A stretch of DNA of 39,663 bases from Octopus bimaculoides (Eukaryota). The notes beneath the pieces are model-generated. The model searched no databases. It had not been told where the DNA came from and was given only the letters and a program-made list of their open reading frames with translations. Positions 1 through 11,799 of this stretch are shown here, in pieces (position 1 is the stretch's first letter; each line of letters begins with the position of its first letter). Made by a program: the position numbers and the translations under genes. The DNA is taken from contig NC_068983.1 of assembly GCF_001194135.2 (NCBI RefSeq), forward strand, positions 94,644,347 to 94,684,009, given 5' to 3'.

Positions 1-38
<38 letters not shown>
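1..38. repeat. (TA)n microsatellite
   Basis: Near-perfect AT dinucleotide run. Confidence 0.95.
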
Positions 39-39
<1 letters not shown>

Positions 40-40
<1 letters not shown>

Positions 41-225
41 GTGTATGCGTGTCTTTCTATCTGTGTTTGTCCCACCATCACTTGACAACTGATATTGGTG
101 TGTTTACGCCCCCATAACTTAGCAGTTCAGCAAAAGTGACTGATAGAAAAAGTACTGGACTTACGAAGATTTCATTGACTAAAAAAACCTGCAGTCAAAT
201 GACTGGAACAAGTACAAGAATAGAA
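40..225 (+). mobile_element. 3' half of a tRNA-derived SINE (same family as 35054-35467)
   Basis: tgtgtttgtccc...gacaactgatattggtgtgttta...taacttagcagttcagcaaaag...gcagtcaaatgactggaacaagta aligns by eye with the 3' half of the copy at 35054-35467. Confidence 0.75.
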
Positions 226-664
226 GAAAGAACTACTTTTAACCTCAGATATAATGTCATGCATAAGTTAAATACTGACTCTACACAGTGGTGTATGGTG
301 GTTGTTGTATTGGATGTGCTGCCACACCTAAAGCTTCCAAATTTCAAGCAGGGGTATAACAAAAGATTTCTATTAAGGTTTGTGATTAAATTAATGAGTA
401 AGGTCAATATTTATAAGGAATTTACCATTTTTGATGGGTGTGTAGCGCATACCTAGCACACCCGGAATATACACCCCTGAATTTATGCCCTCACTTAGTT
501 TGACATTTTGAATTAATCTTGTAATTCTAATAATATTTTATAAAGACCAATTAAATTGTAGTCACTTGATTAGTTTCTTGATGAATGTATCATAGTAAAA
601 TGCCCATCTCCATTAGCAAGTCATTAACAAAATAATACTTTTTTTTTTTTTTTACATCTTTCAG

Positions 665-940
665 TGTAAAAGGAAGAAGAAGAAACTAAGGTTTTGTCAG
701 AAAATTGAAAAAATTGCGAAAGGCCTGAAGAGATTACATCGTCAGCTGCATAATGTTCGGTCAAGGTGGTATTATTTGAACAGTACAAAACTGGTGAATG
801 TCACAAGCAATCGGAGTTTACGTTACGATCATTTAATGAAATCATTCGAAAATATCCTTCATACATGTGACAACTCAAAACCACACAAAAAGCGAAGGAA
901 ACATAGACGAAAGTCAATATCTAGTGAAAACCCCAAATGA
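665..940 (+). CDS. Putative terminal coding exon of an unidentified plus-strand gene (91 aa, very basic)
   Basis: Long T tract plus acatctttcAG acceptor ending at 664, then a stop-free phase-0 frame to TGA 938-940: CKRKKKKLRFCQKIEKIAKGLKRLHRQLHNVRSRWYYLNSTKLVNVTSNRSLRYDHLMKSFENILHTCDNSKPHKKRRKHRRKSISSENPK. The other two frames stop within 8 codons. Confidence 0.6.
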   Translation, partial: CKRKKKKLRFCQKIEKIAKGLKRLHRQLHNVRSRWYYLNSTKLVNVTSNRSLRYDHLMKSFENILHTCDNSKPHKKRRKHRRKSISSENPK

Positions 941-982
941 ATCAGATTCACTAAAAAGTTAATGATTAAACTTTATATAAAA

Positions 983-1082
983 TCAGAGAGAGAGAGAGTA
1001 CAAGGAAAGAGGAGAGAGAGAAAGAGTGAGAGAAAGAGAGAGTAAATGAGAAAGAGAGAGAAAGCAAGAGAGGGAGAAAGAA
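983..1082. repeat. (GA)n-rich purine tract
   Basis: Imperfect AG repeats seen directly. Confidence 0.85.
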
Positions 1083-1528
1083 GGCTTTCTACAGTTGTTC
1101 AGTGTTTGAAATGGAAACCAAACAATGAGAAAAAGAGAGTGGGGGTGTCTGTTACATTCATTAATGACTAAACATCAACAATAACCAATACTTCAATGAT
1201 TTTTGTTTCCATTCAAACAACTTAATTACACAGCTCTTAACTCAAGGAGTACTTCCTTTGACCCAGAAAACTCTAATTATTCAATTATAATGGGTTTTAT
1301 CTCTTTAAAAAGCTTTTACTAAAATATAAACAACAGGTTTACAGTTTGGACAATATTAATTCTGCAACATTTCCTTTTTTAAATATCCACTATGAATAAT
1401 TTTTTTCCTCTTGACTAAAGGATCAACTAAAATTCTTTATTGCTAACCTAAAAACAACCAGAAAAACTTTCAAAATATTTATAATTAGTATTATTATTAC
1501 AGCTCTTGTTATCATCTTACCAGAAAAT

Positions 1529-1550
1529 CACACACACACACACACATACA

Positions 1551-1635
<85 letters not shown>
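1529..1635. repeat. Compound (CA)n(TA)n microsatellite
   Basis: Seen directly. Confidence 0.95.
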
Positions 1636-2727
1636 CATTTAAATGCAATCTGTGTTATTTATATATATGGCTTTTATGATGTACAGTTGGTGCTGTGCTA
1701 ATTCTGGACAACTTAAACAGTTCTTTTCTGTTTCTAACATCCAAATTCAAATTAAAACTAAGTTAGAAATATTTTGGACATGGATTATTGATTATTTTAA
1801 TCTTTTGGTCATGAATACAATAATTTCCTGCTATTATCCTTTAAACATTGTACAAACACTTGAAGTAAGCCTCTATCATACAAAGACTTAAATCTGATAA
1901 AACCATTTTTATTTCTAATTAACTATTAATTCAAATCAATTCAACATTTTGTAATCCATGGACAACATTATAAATTATAAATATTATTTAATCAGTAGTA
2001 TTTGTTGTATTTTATTCTACAGCTGTGTTCAGCTGTAGAAGCAAAATCGTTTGCTTCTATATTTTCTATTAATACCAGAGAAAACAGACAATGTATGACT
2101 GGCTCAAGGTTAATCCTCTATTCCTTTTGTACACTTAATTTTTCAATATGCATTTTGAAAATTTGCAGACATTAATAATTCCTCTGTATTCTGGTCAGCT
2201 TTACGAAGATAGGACTTGATCAATAAATTCATTGTGTACTATATAACAGTTTTTAATAGTTTGAAATGTAAGCTATACCTTTTGAATTCTGTGAAAAGTA
2301 ACCAAAGTGGTTACACTGTAGAAGATGAGAAGATGGGGGTCGTCTTTCTTTCTCTAACGACGCACTATGAAGAGTAAAAACTAACCAGACTGATCTTATG
2401 TTTTCTGCTCACAGAGCGATATGATCATTTTGTTTAAAAGTATGACTTACATTTCAAAATAACTTTATCACTCTTCATTCTAAAATTTCCATCACCTCAA
2501 TATTCAGTGTTCTTCACTTCCATAATAGTGTCACTTAAAACCGTACCCTTTTCTAACTTGAATAAATGTAAAATAATAAAAATGAATAACAAAAATACAC
2601 TTTTATTATAATTTAAAATGCTATTTAGAGATTTGATTGAAATATCATAAACATTGATTTAAGCTTGTAAATTGATGATATATACATATATGTATACATA
2701 CATAATATATATATGTATGTGTGTGTG

Positions 2728-2794
<67 letters not shown>

Positions 2795-3621
2795 GTATAC
2801 ATACANNNNNNNNNNNNNNNNNNNNNNNNNNNNNNNNNNNNNNNNNNNNNNNNNNNNNNNNNNNNNNNNNNNNNNNNNNNNNNNNNNNNNNNNNNNNNNN
2901 NNNNNNNNNNNNNNNNNNNNNNNNNNNNNNNNNNNNNNNNNNNNNNNNNNNNNNNNNNNNNNNNNNNNNNNNNNNNNNNNNNNNNNNNNNNNNNNNNNNN
3001 NNNNNNNNNNNNNNNNNNNNNNNNNNNNNNNNNNNNNNNNNNNNNNNNNNNNNNNNNNNNNNNNNNNNNNNNNNNNNNNNNNNNNNNNNNNNNNNNNNNN
3101 NNNNNNNNNNNNNNNNNNNNNNNNNNNNNNNNNNNNNNNNNNNNNNNNNNNNNNNNNNNNNNNNNNNNNNNNNNNNNNNNNNNNNNNNNNNNNNNNNNNN
3201 NNNNNNNNNNNNNNNNNNNNNNNNNNNNNNNNNNNNNNNNNNNNNNNNNNNNNNNNNNNNNNNNNNNNNNNNNNNNNNNNNNNNNNNNNNNNNNNNNNNN
3301 NNNNNNNNNNNNNNNNNNNNNNNNNNNNNNNNNNNNNNNNNNNNNNNNNNNNNNNNNNNNNNNNNNNNNNNNNNNNNNNNNNNNNNNNNNNNNNNNNNNN
3401 NNNNNNNNNNNNNNNNNNNNNNNNNNNNNNNNNNNNNNNNNNNNNNNNNNNNNNNNNNNNNNNNNNNNNNNNNNNNNNNNNNNNNNNNNNNNNNNNNNNN
3501 NNNNNNNNNNNNNNNNNNNNNNNNNNNNNNNNNNNNNNNNNNNNNNNNNNNNNNNNNNNNNNNNNNNNNNNNNNNNNNNNNNNNNNNNNNNNNNNNNNNN
3601 NNNNNNNNNNNNNNNNNNNNN

Positions 3622-3655
<34 letters not shown>

Positions 3656-3661
<6 letters not shown>

Positions 3662-4035
3662 GCATTCTATAAGCTTAAAGCTTATAAGTGATCACTGTGC
3701 AATGACTAAAGAAAATAGTTTAATAATGGAGCATATAAGCCCTCAGCAGGAAAAGCCATTGTGCTGTGATCGCTTATAAGCTTTAAGCTTATAAAATACT
3801 ATTATGTATATATATATGTATACTAGCAAATGCCCCCAGAAAGAAGCAGGTTTGTGCATTGGTGTAACAGAGGCACACTTGGTCGCATAAACAAAGAGGT
3901 GTGGATTTGAGCCCTGCACGTATAAGAAAACTTACCTTAGTCTGTCAAAGGCTTATATGGCCCATTATTAGACTATTTTCTTTAGTCATTGCACGATGAT
4001 CGCTTATAAGCTTTAAGTTTATAAAATACTATTAT
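3656..4035. mobile_element. MITE-like element(s) with about 40-bp TIRs (two partial copies in opposite orientation)
   Basis: atagtagcattctataagcttaaagcttataagtgatcac (3656-3695) is inverted at 3766-3805. The 3660-3740 segment is also inverted at about 3950-4035. Embedded in (TA)n. Confidence 0.65.
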
Positions 4036-6073
4036 TATTATTTACAGAATTGTAAAAATTAACACTGCTTAACAAAACCACTGCATATATATATATATAT
4101 ATATATATACTTTATAATATATTATTATTAATATCAGGAAATCAATATTAGAAAATTCATCAGAAAGATATATACATGTGTAGAATAATTGTTGTATTAA
4201 AACTATGTGTAAAAATATATATAAATATGTATAAGTATAAATATATAATATAATAATAATAAATATGTCAGTTTAAAAATGTTGAATTAAGTTTTAAACA
4301 GATATTCATATTAAAAAACCCAGGCTGTTGGAAAGTACGCATTGGTAGCTAAGATGAAAACTAAAAAGACATTAGAATTACATAGGCATGGTGTTATTAA
4401 CCATTTTGTAATGTGTTCTTGTTCTTGGAGTCAGGTTTATTTTAAACAAGTCATGTCTATTTTAAACAAGTCTTCATTATNNNNNNNNNNNNNNNNNNNN
4501 NNNNNNNNNNNNNNNNNNNNNNNNNNNNNNNNNNNNNNNNNNNNNNNNNNNNNNNNNNNNNNNNNNNNNNNNNNNNNNNNNNNNNNNNNNNNNNNNNNNN
4601 NNNNNNNNNNNNNNNNNNNNNNNNNNNNNNNNNNNNNNNNNNNNNNNNNNNNNNNNNNNNNNNNNNNTATATATATATATATATATATATATGAATGAGT
4701 GGACGAACGAAAGAAGGGCACTCAACCAATTTATCGGGAATTACATATATGGATTAAAACAGTTTGATTCAAATTCATTGGTACTCTGAAGTTTCAAGCA
4801 TGATGCTAGTCATCAGCCATTTTGATATATATATATATATACATACATATATGTGTGTGTGTGTGTGTGTGTGTAGTTCAAATTTACAGAAAGCAAAAGA
4901 CAAAGACAGGTGGGAGAACAAGCAGGTGTATTAGTTTGATGCTCGGGAAAATGGAAGAAGTATTTGATGCTTCAATCCTATGCTCTTCGACAAAAAGGGC
5001 TGAGAAGAAAAAAAATGGAGTGAAAATGAAAAAAAATGTAGGGATTAATGGTTCAACATAATGAATAAAATACATTATTCATGGGGTAGAGATCTAAGAT
5101 GAAAATAGACACAAACATCCCAAGGTATAGACTTGAATAATTGTTGAGAGATATCTCTCTTGACTTGAAACTAATGGTATTTTAGTTACTCCACAAATAA
5201 GGAATATTTATCCACCAATGCAGTGTTGAGCACTCATTCTTACTCTTCAATGTTAGCATGTATATACATTCTGTTGCACAAAAGTATATCGCCAATACAA
5301 ATATAAATTTTAAAGAAAGTAAGCAATCTAATTTTCCTCCCATCAGCCCTCATAAAATCTTCCATAATTTTTTTAAAAACGTTTTTTATCTATATTCCAC
5401 TATTATTTTTATCTATACTCTATTATTAGTATGTTTATATATCTATATATCCATGTATATTTCTAGTATTCATATATTTTTATATCTCTAATATATCAAT
5501 ATATGTTTCAGTTCAGACAATCCTTATTTTATCTTAATTAAACTCGTATATGTATATATATAATAAAAATTTAGGGTTCAAGTGAATCAGATACTTAAAT
5601 GGTAAAACACCAGGTCGGGTCAAAAGAAAGGAAATCATGTATATAACAAAATCAGAGGAACAAATACATATATACCAACGTACTGACAGATTATTATTCC
5701 AGTTGTATATACAATAAACTGCATCTGACTGAGTATATTATTAGTTTCAAGGCTACATTTAGGAACACACACTGCACTTAGATCCACACTAATAGCAGGT
5801 TCCAAGTAAGGTGAATAATAAATAAATAACAACAGATGGATAACGGCTCACTTACTGCTGCTGTTTCCAATAAGTTTTCTATTGATGAATAGAGATATTA
5901 CTGGTCAGGGAATCATGAAGTGATGATTTTTGAAATTTTTTTTTAAATGTGTAATTCATGTATATTCACCTGATAAAAACATGTTATTTTTCTGCATGAT
6001 GTTATATTTCTATTCATCAATAAGAAGAACTCATTGGAAACAGCTTTATTGAATGAACTATTATCCATCTGTG

Positions 6074-6118
<45 letters not shown>

Positions 6119-7025
6119 TAGCAGGCCTCCTAGCCTTTGGCCTGGTTTGTATGATGCTCTAATGTATTCATAAGGCAGATATTAGCATCTATCACAACAC
6201 CCATTAACAAGATATTTCAATATTGCATAACATAGTTTTTAGCATTTATTTACCAAATATCACCAAATTTCATTTCACCAATCGAAAATACGATTACTTG
6301 TAATCATAATACATGTAAGAGAAGGGATGTTCCAATAGTAGATCAATGGGAAAGTGCTTTACAGATAAGATGAATTTATAGTGACTGAAAAATGTATCAT
6401 GGCACAAACTGTGAATCAGGTATTTAACGTAGCATTAGAATTTTCAGTTCTGTTGTGGAGACCTTTTGATCTCATAGGTATTTGGTTTCTGTCTTTGGGA
6501 CTATTGTCATCAGTTTATCTGGATGGATATTTTCTTAGAGGCTATCAGCAGATAGGGCCATAATCGTAAAATACACTGCTGTTGGCTGTCTAATAAATTT
6601 CACACATGGAAAGACAGGAAGAAACATATGAAAAGAATATCTTTGTGACTCCCAGTGGGTGCTTTTAAACAGTTGAGATGTGTTCATCTGTAACTGCGAA
6701 GGGCTCCTCCCTCCCCATTTTCTGAAAAAGGAATATTGTTAGTATTGATGGTAGTAGTCGTGATAGTTGTAGTGGTGATGTCTCTGTAATCGTGGTGCTT
6801 ATATATATANNNNNNNNNNNNNNNNNNNNNNNNNNNNNNNNNNNNNNNNNNNNNNNNNNNNNNNNNNNNNNNNNNNNNNNNNNNNNNNNNNNNNNNNNNN
6901 NNNNNNNNNNNNNNNNNNNNNNNNNNNNNNNNNNNNNNNNNNNNNNNNNNNNNNNNNNNNNNNNNNNNNNNNNNNNNNNNNNNNNNNNNNNNNNNNNNNN
7001 NNNNNNNNNNTATATATAGGCACAG

Positions 7026-7102
7026 GATGGCTTCTTGGAGCTAATTCACGGCAGCTTTCGTCCTAATTTTGGGACTGCCATGTTGGCTTGGCGATAACTA
7101 TT
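7026..7102. repeat. Third partial copy of the arm of the 8017-8534 fold-back
   Basis: gatggcttcttggagctaattcacggcagc...ggcgataactatt matches 8432-8508 as a direct repeat. Confidence 0.85.
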
Positions 7103-7170
7103 AATTTCCAGTACCGCTGCCGTAGTCTCCTTTAGAGAGACTTAGAAATATTAATAACTCTATGTATATA

Positions 7171-7214
<44 letters not shown>

Positions 7215-7501
7215 ATGTATATATATAGAGAGAGAAGGAGAAAGAGAGAGAGAGAGCTGAATACATAGAGAGAGAGAGAAAGAAAGAGAGAGAGGGAGAA
7301 AGAGAGAGAATAATGAGAATAATGACGAAGGGTTAAAAAAGCTTAAAAATAATTGAAAATGAAACAAAATTGAAATCAAAACATTAAACATTATTGAAAG
7401 TGGGTAGAAATAAACACTACGTAGTGTAGTAGTAGTAGTAGTAGTAGTAGTAGTACTACGCTAGGGTATCTGGAGAAAGCTGAATGTGATTTCAGAATAT
7501 A

Positions 7502-7797
7502 ATGAGGAAAAATACGGATCTTGGGAATTTTCTGAAAGTCCTCTCCCCACCTCAAGGTTTTCCTCACAAATTACTTTATAGCCATAATGTATGCCATTTC
7601 AAAGGTATTTATATAAAATTTCATTGAAAAAAACCCATTTCCCTAAAAGTTATGAGGGAAAAAACTTGGATTTTGTGAATTTTCCGAAGTCCTCTCCCCA
7701 CCCCTTGAAAAAGATTTTCCCCACAGATTTCTTTATAATCGTAAAAGATTGAAAAAACCTCATTTTCCTAAAAGTTATTTGTGCTGAGTAGATTTCT
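7502..7797. repeat. About 150-bp dispersed tandem repeat, array 1
   Basis: Units beginning tatgagggaaaaa..ggattttgtgaattttccgaagtcctctccccacc, repeated here and at 8638-8838. Confidence 0.8.
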
Positions 7798-7846
7798 TCA
7801 GTATGAAACTGATACAATTGCTGTCAGAAGAAATTCTTGTTTTATT

Positions 7847-7921
7847 ATTTCAATACTACTTTAATTTGTTTGCACAATGACAAATTGCCATTGTGCAAGC
7901 AAATTAAAGTAGTATTGAAAT
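7847..7921. repeat. 75-nt hairpin (33-bp stem, 9-nt loop)
   Basis: Arms 7847-7879 and 7889-7921 are complementary except for one T.G pair. Confidence 0.9.
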
Positions 7922-8016
7922 TACATTGATGCAGTAGTTCTTGTTTTTGTTTGAAGAATTTCTTCTATCAACTTTAGATTTCTTCTAACTGTTAATGAGC
8001 TAGCATTTAGAAGTGT

Positions 8017-8534
8017 TATGTGTGTATGTATGTATATATATGAATAGTTATCGCCAAGCCAACATGGCAGTCCCAAAATTAGGACGAAAGCTGCCGTGAA
8101 TTAGCTCCAAGAAGCCATCGCCTCTAGCTAGCTATGTGACACACGAAACCTGTGTCCTTTATAACCTTCGAACAGGGGAGGTCAGCAGTGTCCCCCTGCT
8201 GGTTTGGCATCTTGCCCTTGTCAATGCAGAGCAGCCAAGCCCTAGCCAGGCAGCGCTGCTGACTATCTGTTCGAAGGTTATAAAGGACACAGGTTNNNNN
8301 NNNNNTTTACAAGGGGCAACACCCTGAAACTAGTCTGCAGATGCCAAACCAGCAGGGGGACACTGCTGACCTCCCCTGTTCGAAGGTTATAAAGGACACA
8401 GGTTTCGTGTGTCACATAGCTAGCTAGAGGCGATGGCTTCTTGGAGCTAATTCACGGCAGCTTTCGTCCTAATTTTGGGACTGCCATGTTGGCTTGGCGA
8501 TAACTATTCATATATATACATACATACACACATA
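8017..8534. repeat. Long inverted repeat (196-bp arms) around a 10-N gap; fold-back/MITE or assembly artefact
   Basis: Arms 8017-8212 and 8339-8534 appear perfectly complementary by eye, and there is an extra partial arm copy at about 8268-8295. Confidence 0.8.
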
Positions 8535-8637
8535 TACACAGACACATATATACATATATATACATACACACATATATCCACATATATACACACATATATA
8601 CACACACATATACACACACACATATATATATATACAG

Positions 8638-8838
8638 TTATGAGGGAAAAACTCGGATTTTGTGAATTTTCCGAAGTCCTTTCTTCACCCCCTTGGAAAA
8701 TATTTTCCCCAGAAATTTCTTTATAATCGTAATGTATGCCATTTCTATAAAATTTCATTGAAAAAACTCCTATTTTCCTAAAACTTATGAGGGAAAAACT
8801 CGGATCTTGTGAATTTTCCGAAGTCCTCTCCCCACCCT
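8638..8838. repeat. About 150-bp dispersed tandem repeat, array 2
   Basis: Two unit starts (about 8639 and 8786), same family as 7502-7797. Confidence 0.8.
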
Positions 8839-10010
8839 CTCGTTGCTTTTCGCGCATTTTTTTTTCATATTCGCTTCCTACACATTGTTTTACACCCATT
8901 CGAATATTTTTTTTTTTTTTTGATTTTCATTTCCGGGTCAAGATGTAAACATTAACCCAGAATTATATTAGTACATTTCTAAAGTAAGACCTCTTTTGAT
9001 TAATCCACTTATATTCTTATAATATATCATACACTACCATGAATACAGCATAACTGTTTATCAGACGAAAATTGAACGAAGAAAAGAATATTTTATTTAT
9101 CAGATACAGGTACCAATTAATACAATTGTAAACTAGGGAATTTTTTGAGCTTCAATTAACTTTAAAAAGTAAAGAACATAACTATTTTTAACACAGTATG
9201 CAATAAACCAACTTAAAAAACAGGCTCGATTTACTCAATTCAGTAGGGTACAGGAAGATATTGCACAGTAATTCCCGGGTCCCTGGAAGCCAGATAAGAA
9301 GAATGAAAAAAACATGAGTTATTTCCCCTCCCATATCGCTCCGTTTTGAATGTAAAATTCTCGAAAGAAATGGTGTTAGAATATTTTTTTAAAAACCTTA
9401 TGCTTTTATTATTCTTTTACCCAATGAGAAACTAGCATTTAATTATATCGAACTGTTAATCAAATGTGATCTTTGATCTTATAAACCAAGGTAAAAGTGT
9501 TTGTGCTAGAGGTCATCACATGCCCTCTGATACCAAAATGGCTAATTTTCTTGCTGAATAGGTGCAAGAAAAGAGGTTGCATAAAAACGCACACACACAA
9601 CAACTGGCCTTCCTGGTTTTTAGATTTTCTTCTGTTTATGCGGAATCATTTCTACAAACAGCTGATAGGCTACACGAATTGAAATACTGACACAAGGGAA
9701 ACAACTGATAGCTATGGAGTTGCATCCCTTACATTAATTCGCACATGTTACCCCAACTGTCTGACGAAGAATAAATCCGCACAATTATATTTGAGATACA
9801 CACACATTAGATATTAGCAATGGAAACAGTATAATTTTTTTTACCGAAGTGCGATCTTTGTATACTAGTTAACGTGCATGTGTTTTAAGAGTGCAGTATT
9901 TCTCTTGAGAGAGCATTTTATATAGACGTTTAGTGCTTAGAAACATAAAAGATCAACAGCAGACGAAATTTGTCCAACACCAGAAGGTAACCACTGTCAG
10001 CATTGCTGGC

Positions 10011-10083
<73 letters not shown>

Positions 10084-10321
10084 CGTGTGTGTGTATGTAT
10101 GTATCTATCTATCTATATATATATACATATATATNNNNNNNNNNNNNNNNNNNNNNNNNNNNNNNNNNNNNNNNNNNNNNNNNNNNNNNNNNNNNNNNNN
10201 NNNNNNNNNNNNNNNNNNNNNNNNNNNNNNNNNNNNNNNNNNNNNNNNNNNNNNNNNNNNNNNNNNNNNNNNNNNATATATATATATATATATATATACA
10301 TAGAGAGAGAGAGAGAGATTT

Positions 10322-10440
10322 GGGATAGAGAAGAGAAACTGTGTACAATTGTAGAAATCAGCTACCCAATGAATTTTAACAAAGCTAAAGATCAGTGAAA
10401 AAGAAAACACCTATGTTGAACTGTTGAGAAATTTGCAGTT
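10322..10440 (+). pseudogene. Fragment of an R4/Dong-like RLE non-LTR retrotransposon endonuclease
   Basis: Encodes WDREEKLCTIVEISYP and is near-identical to 12347-12468. Confidence 0.75.
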
Positions 10441-10485
10441 ATATATAAACCGATAAAATATATTTCTTACATTGAAGCCGCCAAA

Positions 10486-11141
10486 TGTAAGTACAGGGTC
10501 ACGTCGGAGTTACCAATCATATCGTACAGATGAAAAGTTACGGGATGTAGAAATAGCGATTCTTGTCTCTCGTTAGTCGCTTCAAGTAGATCGTTGAAAG
10601 TAGGATGAGACAGCGTAATAACAACATCGAAGAGAAAAGAATAATATTCACAGGCTTTATTTGCCAGAAGTAGTTAGTAAGACAGACACAGTAGTAATTG
10701 TAAATAAATGACAATGGCAAAAATGTGCGTTGGAAGCTGTGTATGGAAGTCAAGTACTGTCTATTGACAGAGAGGAAGAATGGGTAAGAATTGCGTGGTC
10801 CCTTTTCATTCACCTGATGTTGTGCTCTAGGTTAACCGGTTGCATTCGAAGAGAGAGAGAGAGATGATGTTATTTAGCTGGTTCAAAACCGAAGAGGGCG
10901 AGAGAGAGATACTCTCAGTTATATAATGTTTGGTCAGGAAGTAGGTTAGACCTAAAACAATGGATTGACCTGTCCACGACCACCTAAGGTCCTTGGAGGT
11001 CAGATATTTCTCATTTATCCCCAATATAGGGATAAAACACAAAGGATCAGACATTCGTCCGACAAGCAACAGGTGTGTGAATTCGGTTTTCGAATCTCAC
11101 TCGAACAGAGGAAAGCAATCTCCTAAGCATGCATGCATACA
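10486..11141 (-). mobile_element. Possible LTR (minus orientation)
   Basis: On the minus strand it starts TGTA and ends TTACA, with a TATA-like box (about 10920) upstream of AATAAA (plus tttatt about 10656), followed by ttTGGCGG (PBS-like). No matching TSD found. Confidence 0.4.
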
Positions 11142-11799
11142 GATTGCTCCATCCTCACTGATTATTATCGTCTTCTTGAGCATCCACCTTCTAATTGACA
11201 TTTCTGACTTTCTATCCACGATCTCTTGGATGACTATTCAGGCTTGGTACAGAACTGCATTGTTTGAAACATAAGTGGTAGACGAAAGTTGTAATTCATT
11301 GTGCTCTTCCACTTGCTTAGGTCCACATGACACCACAGGACTTTCAGTAGATGGAATGATGAGGTCACCAAAAAGAGATATCTATGCGTCATTGGATTAT
11401 TGTGATAAATACTTGTACAACACAAGTACGACTCATAAGTTTCCATAATGGGCTGAAGGAAGATGACCAGTAATTGTGTGAAACCGCAGGTTTTGCATCA
11501 GAGTAACTTTGAACTGCATCTGTAGTGGGTCTCTGATTTGGGAGTTCTAGGGTTTTGAGGCGTGTAGAATCACCTCTTAACCACTGTTGTTCCCAGGTCT
11601 ACTCAGACCCATGGTAGTAGCACTTGTCAGAGTTCCAGCTATAGATTAAATAGCATATGTGATGACATTCCAAGTACAGGAATGCAGACATACCCTTGGT
11701 TGGTGTCAGAGCATGCACTAAAACCTCCAGGAATGAGGGACCCCAAGCTATTGTCACAGAATCCTTCTAGGTGAAGGACACATACATATGAGCAACATT

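Noticed and set aside
136-456. 106-aa ORF MTDRKSTG...
   Set aside because: Starts within a SINE tail on a non-ATG codon with no recognisable protein features.
2015-2040. 11-bp perfect hairpin ttctacagctg/cagctgtagaa
   Set aside because: Short enough to arise by chance or slippage in 40 kb; no other support.
2625-3691. Long YI/IY/X-rich ORFs in the track (also at 4.4, 6.8, 10.0, 36.1, 37.4 and 39.1 kb)
   Set aside because: Translations of (TA)n/(CA)n microsatellites and N gaps, not genes.
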